Positions 6,774-11,118 of a DNA stretch of 11,118 nt are shown here, piece by piece. The stretch covers positions 1 through 11,118 of the forward strand of contig JBKBOT010000040.1 of assembly GCA_046293555.1 (NCBI GenBank), given 5' to 3'. The notes beneath the pieces are model-generated. The model was not told the DNA's origin and did no database searches. It saw nothing but the letters and a program-made list of their open reading frames with translations. Source of the stretch: Pyrobaculum sp. (lineage in GTDB: Archaea; Thermoproteota; Thermoprotei; Thermoproteales; Thermoproteaceae). Each line of letters starts with the position of its first letter. Positions within the stretch are counted from its first letter, which is position 1. The position numbers were made by a program, and so were the translations under genes.

Positions 6774-7475
6774 ATGCTCCACCTAGTGGACTACGCCCTC
6801 CTCAAGCCTTACCACACCCTCAGCCAGCTGGAGGAGGGGGCAGAGAGGGCGGAGAGGCTTGGGGTGGCCTCCCTCTGCGTGAACCCCATATACGCCAGCC
6901 ACGTGAGGCCGCTGTTGAAAAAAGTGAGGCTCTGCGTGGTGGTGGACTTCCCCCTCGGCGCCATGACCACGGCGGCCCGGACGGCCTTGGTGTCACAGCT
7001 GGCTGAAATTGCCGACGAGCTAGACGTGGTGGCCCCCATCGGCCTCGCCAAAAGCGGCATGTGGCGGGAGGTTAGGAGAGATCTGGCAGCGGTGGTGGGG
7101 AGCGCCGGGGGGAGGGTGGTGAAGGTGATAACTGAGGACCCCTACCTGACGGAAGAGGAGAGGCGCGCCCTCTGCGACGCCGCGGCGGAGGCGGGGGCCC
7201 ACTTCGTGAAGTACTCCACGGGGTTTGTGGAGGAGGATTACGCAAGGCGGCTGGGAAACCCCCCACACTCCACCCCAGAGAGGGCCGCCGCCATTGCTAG
7301 CTACATACGGGAGAGAGGCTACAGGCTGGGGGTAAAGATGGCCGGCGGCATTAGGACTAGAGAACAGGCCAGGGCGATCCTGGAGGCTATAGGCTTTGGG
7401 GAGGACCCAGCCAGGGTGCGTCTAGGCACCTCTACCCCCGACCTCCTGCTCTCCCCCGCCTCCCCGCCCCCCTAG
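6774..7475 (+). CDS. deoC: 2-deoxyribose-5-phosphate aldolase (DERA)
   Basis: VDYALLKP, VVDFPLG, ELDVV, VKVITE, FVKYSTGF (Schiff-base Lys), GVKMAGGIRT and RLGTS. Confidence 0.95.
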   Translation: MLHLVDYALLKPYHTLSQLEEGAERAERLGVASLCVNPIYASHVRPLLKKVRLCVVVDFPLGAMTTAARTALVSQLAEIADELDVVAPIGLAKSGMWREVRRDLAAVVGSAGGRVVKVITEDPYLTEEERRALCDAAAEAGAHFVKYSTGFVEEDYARRLGNPPHSTPERAAAIASYIRERGYRLGVKMAGGIRTREQARAILEAIGFGEDPARVRLGTSTPDLLLSPASPPP

Positions 7476-8475
7476 GCCTATTTACATACACCGCGATGAG
7501 GGCAGCCAGTATGAACACCGCCAGCCAGAACAACAGCTCCCACCTTCCCTCCGTGGGGGCTGTCTCCGCGGCGCCGGCCTGTGTGGTCTGGGTGGTGCCG
7601 CCAGCCTCGCGGTGCCACTGGAGTATCAACGCCTCTAGCCTTCGGGCCAGCTGGGGGTTTTCTATCAGGAGGCCTACCTCCCTATTTCTCTGTATGGAGT
7701 AATAACCAAGATTTATCGACCCGACGTATAGCTGGTTTCCCACCACGATGATTTTTGCCACCAGCCTGTCGTCTATGGCGGCGCCTATGTCTGCATCTGT
7801 CCTAGCCGCCACTATATAGGCCGGGCGGTTGAGGAAGTAGGGCACCAGGCCGGAGTCCATGTAGATCTGCTCCATGGCGACATACAAGGCGCCGGGCTGG
7901 GACAAGATGTGGAGGAGGCCGTCTTGGGAGTTTATAGGCGAGATCAACACCCCTGGGTAGTTATACCTGGGGTACCTCCCACGGAAGTCGTTAAGCACCA
8001 CTGCGGCTAGCTGCCTGGCGAGGGTGGCGTTATGTATTACCAACATGACCCCCCTGTTCCTGTGGAAGCCAGAGGCGGTGGGGTTTATGTTGCCAATAAT
8101 GACCGTCTTGTTGTCTATAACGTACAGCTTGGTGTGGACGTTGGGGAAGTCGCCATTCCACCTCACCTTCACCCCCCTCCCCTCTAGATATGCCGCGATG
8201 TCTCTAGCTTGCTGCGGGACGCCGCCGTAGACCCTACTGGAAAGCACCACGTAGACGTCAACCCCCCGCCCCGCCGCCTCCGCCAGGGCCTCTGCCAGAG
8301 GCCTGTAGGTAAAGACGTAAACCTCCATATATATGGCCTCCCTGGCGGCCTTTATGTAGTCAATAACCTTGGTGGTGTTTATAGGCGACACCAAGACGGC
8401 GTCTACTTCAAGCCTGATGGGGCTGGCGGCGAGGGCGATGTAGACAAGTAGGAATAAGAGGAGGGCAGCCCTCAT
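7432..8475 (-). CDS. Exported, C-terminally anchored phospholipase D superfamily protein
   Basis: Signal peptide MRAALLLFLLVYIALA. HKD motif HTKLYVIDNKTVIIGNIN, a degenerate second repeat VAKIIVVG...GSIN, a Thr-rich linker, a transmembrane helix and a basic tail. Confidence 0.87.
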   Translation of the reverse strand: MRAALLLFLLVYIALAASPIRLEVDAVLVSPINTTKVIDYIKAAREAIYMEVYVFTYRPLAEALAEAAGRGVDVYVVLSSRVYGGVPQQARDIAAYLEGRGVKVRWNGDFPNVHTKLYVIDNKTVIIGNINPTASGFHRNRGVMLVIHNATLARQLAAVVLNDFRGRYPRYNYPGVLISPINSQDGLLHILSQPGALYVAMEQIYMDSGLVPYFLNRPAYIVAARTDADIGAAIDDRLVAKIIVVGNQLYVGSINLGYYSIQRNREVGLLIENPQLARRLEALILQWHREAGGTTQTTQAGAAETAPTEGRWELLFWLAVFILAALIAVYVNRPRGAGRRGRAGGRG

Positions 8476-8816
8476 GGCGCCAGGGAGTAGTTCAAAAGGG
8501 CGTAGAAAGCCGGCGTGACGTACCTCATGCCGGCAACCCGCCGGGTTTTTGGCGGCAGGGGCTTCGCAACTGTTTTAATCCTGTCCGTAATGATGTACTT
8601 CTGGTACCTACGGGAGAGGTCCATGGTGGTCTCTATGTACTCCGCGGCGTAGCCCCCCTCCACAAGCTCCCGTATTGTCTTCTCCACGGCGATGGGGGTT
8701 ACCTCCACGTCTAGTTTTAGCTCATCTCTAGCCACAAGCGCCAGGGCGTACACAGTGGCCACATCTGCCGTCACTCTTTCCGCAAGTATAGACGCCACCA
8801 ATGTCCTCAAGTCCAT
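8472..8816 (-). CDS. Hypothetical protein, possibly winged-helix
   Basis: 114-aa ORF with a TATA tract at about 8837-8846 and a 4-nt ATGA overlap with the PLD gene. AVEKTIRELVEGGYA...KYIIT resembles a wHTH recognition helix and wing. Confidence 0.7.
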   Translation of the reverse strand: MDLRTLVASILAERVTADVATVYALALVARDELKLDVEVTPIAVEKTIRELVEGGYAAEYIETTMDLSRRYQKYIITDRIKTVAKPLPPKTRRVAGMRYVTPAFYALLNYSLAP

Positions 8817-8844
8817 ATAGCCGCCTGGGGCGGGCTATATATAT

Positions 8845-9792
8845 TTACCCGCCGACCAGTTGGAGCAGCCAGGGCCCCTCCTGGGGCTTCAGCCGCCTCA
8901 GCTCTCTGGCTTCCCGCAGGCTGTCGGCCTTCCTCCTCGCCGCGGCCTCGTCTCCCGGCGCCAGCCTTCTAAGCTCCTCCGGCATCTTTCCCCCCGTGTT
9001 TACAAATGTAAAATATCCGTCAGCCACATGGCGCCTCCCCCTGGCGCCTTGGGCCTCCACCGTGAAGCCCACCTCGACGCTGGTGTTGCCCACATACGTG
9101 ACGCCGGTTTTCACCGCGACGACATCGCCCACATATATGGGCCTCCTAAAGGCGATGGCGTTGACGCCAGCCGTGACGTATGTAGAGGGATGTTGCCTAA
9201 AGGCCTCTATAAAGGCCAGCTCGTCTAGCCTAAAGAGGAGCCTCCCCCCGTACATCAACACCCCGTCGAGAGAGTCCTCCGGCATGGCCACAAAGTGGCT
9301 TACTGCGCGCCACTGTGGCGGCGCCGCCTCCCTCTCCACCACGGCGTCTACCTCCTCCCTCCATTTCTGGAAATAACGACACAGCCCCTCCCACCCCGCG
9401 TCACACCGCACCTCTCTCCCCACGGCGGCAGGCCTCCCCCCGCCGTCGATCTTCACAAACACCATCCTGCCCACCGTCGCCAGCTGCCTCCCGCCGCCCA
9501 GATAGCTTTCTACCAACACACAGAGGCTACTCCTACGGACCCCCACCACCCAGCTCCGGAAGGTCAACAGATCCCCCGCCCTAACCGGCGTGACGAAATG
9601 CATCCTATCTAAAAATCCCAACACCACGTTGCCCTCCGCAAACCCCATCGCCGCGATGGCGCCAGTGTCTACAACCCACTGAAGCATGTAGCCCCCATAG
9701 AGAGTGGCCAGCGGGTTGACGTGACGTTGAGACACAAGCCTCACTGATTGCACCATTGTCTCCGACACCAACACGGTAGATAAAACCCCCAT
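8845..9792 (-). CDS. Double-hotdog acyl-CoA thioesterase (YciA/ACOT7-like)
   Basis: Two repeats: HVNPLATLYGGYML...MHFVTPVRAGD and LMYGGRLLFRLDE...IAFRRPIYVGD..YVGNTSVEV. Confidence 0.9.
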   Translation of the reverse strand: MGVLSTVLVSETMVQSVRLVSQRHVNPLATLYGGYMLQWVVDTGAIAAMGFAEGNVVLGFLDRMHFVTPVRAGDLLTFRSWVVGVRRSSLCVLVESYLGGGRQLATVGRMVFVKIDGGGRPAAVGREVRCDAGWEGLCRYFQKWREEVDAVVEREAAPPQWRAVSHFVAMPEDSLDGVLMYGGRLLFRLDELAFIEAFRQHPSTYVTAGVNAIAFRRPIYVGDVVAVKTGVTYVGNTSVEVGFTVEAQGARGRRHVADGYFTFVNTGGKMPEELRRLAPGDEAAARRKADSLREARELRRLKPQEGPWLLQLVGG

Positions 9793-9870
9793 ATATAAAG
9801 CCCCAACTGCGTCAATAGACCTCTTGAGTCAAAATAATCCCATATGCGATATAGACAGCGCCGTGGTGTA

Positions 9871-9965
9871 AGCCCCGGCCGGGATTCGAACCCGGGACCT
9901 CCCGCTTACGAGGCGTGCGCAGGGGCGCGCCCTTGGGCGCTCCAACCGGGCTGAGCTACCGGGGC
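9871..9965 (-). tRNA. tRNA-Thr(CGU) with a 20-nt intron; CCA not encoded
   Basis: Acceptor stem GCCCCGG/CCGGGGC, D stem GCTC/GAGC, anticodon arm CCC^GC-CT-CGT-AA-GCGGG (anticodon at 9910-9908), T arm CCGGG-TTCGAAT-CCCGG, discriminator U. Confidence 0.95.
9915..9934 (-). other. tRNA intron at non-canonical position 29/30 (AAGGGCGCGCCCCTGCGCAC)
   Basis: Removal restores the 5-bp anticodon stem. It forms a relaxed BHB motif: GCGC/GCGC central helix, CC^A and AC^G bulges, and an AGGG/CCCT intron helix. Confidence 0.9.
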
Positions 9966-9986
9966 TCTGGAGAGTCTGGGCTATGT

Positions 9987-9994
9987 TTATAAAT
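9987..9994 (-). promoter_or_regulatory. tRNA promoter TATA box TTTATAAA, overlapping the uL18 stop codon
   Basis: CAAAA-TTTATAAA about 29 nt upstream of the mature tRNA 5' end. Confidence 0.65.
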
Positions 9995-10571
9995 TTTGTA
10001 CCTCCCTTCTGACCTGCTCGAAATGCTGTGGGAGCTCTTCTGGCGGCAGCCCCCGCTGTAGGTATCGGGAGAATCTCAGCCTGTAGAGCTCCGGGTCTCT
10101 CTCCTTTAGGGCTTTGGCGTATTCAGCTATGTGTTGTCCCTTTATCCTCTTCTCGTCTGGCAGAACCTCCTCGCCGTGTGGTATCTCCAGCCCGGCGTCT
10201 ATGGCGCCTTTCATTACTGCAAACACTCTAGCCCCAGCTGCCGGCCTGTAGAGCCCCATGTCTAATATGGCCTTCTCTACCCCTAATTTCCTGGCCTTAA
10301 GGCCTACCAGTAGGCCTAAGAGGTAGGCAGCTGGCGTGTTGTTCTCATCTCCCTTCCAGCCGAGTTTCTGAAGCGCCCTGGTGTCAACGCCTACGATAGT
10401 GACGTCACCTCGCGGCTTGGCGATTACAATCTGCGCGATAAGATGTCTGTTTGTCTTCCGTACTACCAGCCGTGGGAGTTTAGACAGTATGAGCTTACGC
10501 CGCTTTCTGTAATTCGTAAGTCCTTCTCTCCTCCTCCTAAACGGCACTTTATACCTAGGCCCTCTCGCCAT
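9987..10571 (-). CDS. rpl18: 50S ribosomal protein uL18 (L18P)
   Basis: [41 protein letters not shown] and [11 protein letters not shown]. Confidence 0.98.
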   Translation of the reverse strand: MARGPRYKVPFRRRREGLTNYRKRRKLILSKLPRLVVRKTNRHLIAQIVIAKPRGDVTIVGVDTRALQKLGWKGDENNTPAAYLLGLLVGLKARKLGVEKAILDMGLYRPAAGARVFAVMKGAIDAGLEIPHGEEVLPDEKRIKGQHIAEYAKALKERDPELYRLRFSRYLQRGLPPEELPQHFEQVRREVQNL

Positions 10572-10572
10572 A

Positions 10573-11010
10573 TTACCTCACGGGCTCTTTTGTGAGCTTA
10601 TGTTCATTTATGTATGTCTTTAGGTGTCGTAAGTCGCGGAAGTAATTTCCCTTTACCATTTTGTACAACTGGCGCCATACTGCAGGCTCTATCTTCCCCT
10701 GTCTCTTTAGGGCGTTTAAAAACCTCCTAAGCGCTCTCACTTTGTTTTTCCACACTTCTTCCTCATCTACTCTCTTGCCCTTACGGCTGCCATGTCCTCT
10801 CCTTCTGCCTTTCTTTTTCTTTAAGCGTCTTATACGCCACCGGCCTCTAGATACGCCCCCCTCTGGCTCGGCCCATATCAGCCCCTCGTCTATTAACGCC
10901 CTGACGTCATCTTTAGTGACGACATCTCTCTCCGCAACTTTAGGCGATATTCTCACCCTGCTTTCCCCCACGCCGAGAATCTCAGCCGCAAGTCTTCTTA
11001 CGTCTACCAT
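10573..11010 (-). CDS. rpl19e: 50S ribosomal protein eL19 (L19e)
   Basis: [37 protein letters not shown] and [10 protein letters not shown]. Confidence 0.98.
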   Translation of the reverse strand: MVDVRRLAAEILGVGESRVRISPKVAERDVVTKDDVRALIDEGLIWAEPEGGVSRGRWRIRRLKKKKGRRRGHGSRKGKRVDEEEVWKNKVRALRRFLNALKRQGKIEPAVWRQLYKMVKGNYFRDLRHLKTYINEHKLTKEPVR

Positions 11011-11011
11011 A

Positions 11012-11118
11012 TCACTCCCTGGCGTTTAACACGTGTAGCCCTAACTCTTTTGCCTTTTTGATTATCTCTAGCCTCTTCCTCCTCCCCACCGTGCGTCCAA
11101 TACGCACGGCGTGAACTC
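11012..11118 (-). CDS. rpl32e: 50S ribosomal protein eL32 (L32e), 3' part only
   Basis: Manual translation gives VHAVRIGRTVGRRKRLEIIKKAKELGLHVLNARE-stop. This fits the conserved L32e-L19e-L18 order. Confidence 0.92.
   Translation of the reverse strand, partial: VHAVRIGRTVGRRKRLEIIKKAKELGLHVLNARE

Noticed and set aside
8801-9612. Long + strand ORFs opposite the double-hotdog thioesterase
   Set aside because: Antisense shadows of a well-supported gene.
9793-9870. tRNA 3' end as an integration site (att)
   Set aside because: No duplicated tRNA fragment or integrase in the window, and the flanking genes look like core genes.
1-11118. CRISPR arrays, IS elements, RNase P or SRP RNA
   Set aside because: No regularly spaced repeats, transposase motifs, terminal inverted repeats or matching RNA consensus motifs were seen by eye.

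Overview
Core-genome window from a GC-rich hyperthermophilic crenarchaeon, most likely Pyrobaculum/Thermoproteales. That call rests on eL19/eL32, TATA-driven leaderless genes, a Pyrobaculum-type DeoC and a tRNA with a non-canonical intron. It holds about 17 tightly packed CDS: citramalate/isopropylmalate synthase, a CPBP protease, a phosphoesterase, two hotdog thioesterases, VKOR, CoxG/SRPBCC, LysX/RimK, two paralogous micro membrane proteins with a DUF1122 gene, acylphosphatase, DeoC, a PLD-family protein with a hypothetical partner, and uL18/eL19/eL32. There is also a tRNA-Thr(CGU) with a 20-nt intron at 29/30. No mobile element or CRISPR array was seen. The best leads are: (1) the tandem SNPSLD..ARDL hairpin microprotein pair coupled to DUF1122; (2) a VKOR whose cysteines appear to face the cytoplasm; (3) a candidate GC-rich small RNA at about 3371-3430; (4) a hidden 59-aa ORF coupled to the CPBP protease; (5) start codons one G out of frame in cimA and lysX. 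All family calls are from motif recognition, not database searches.
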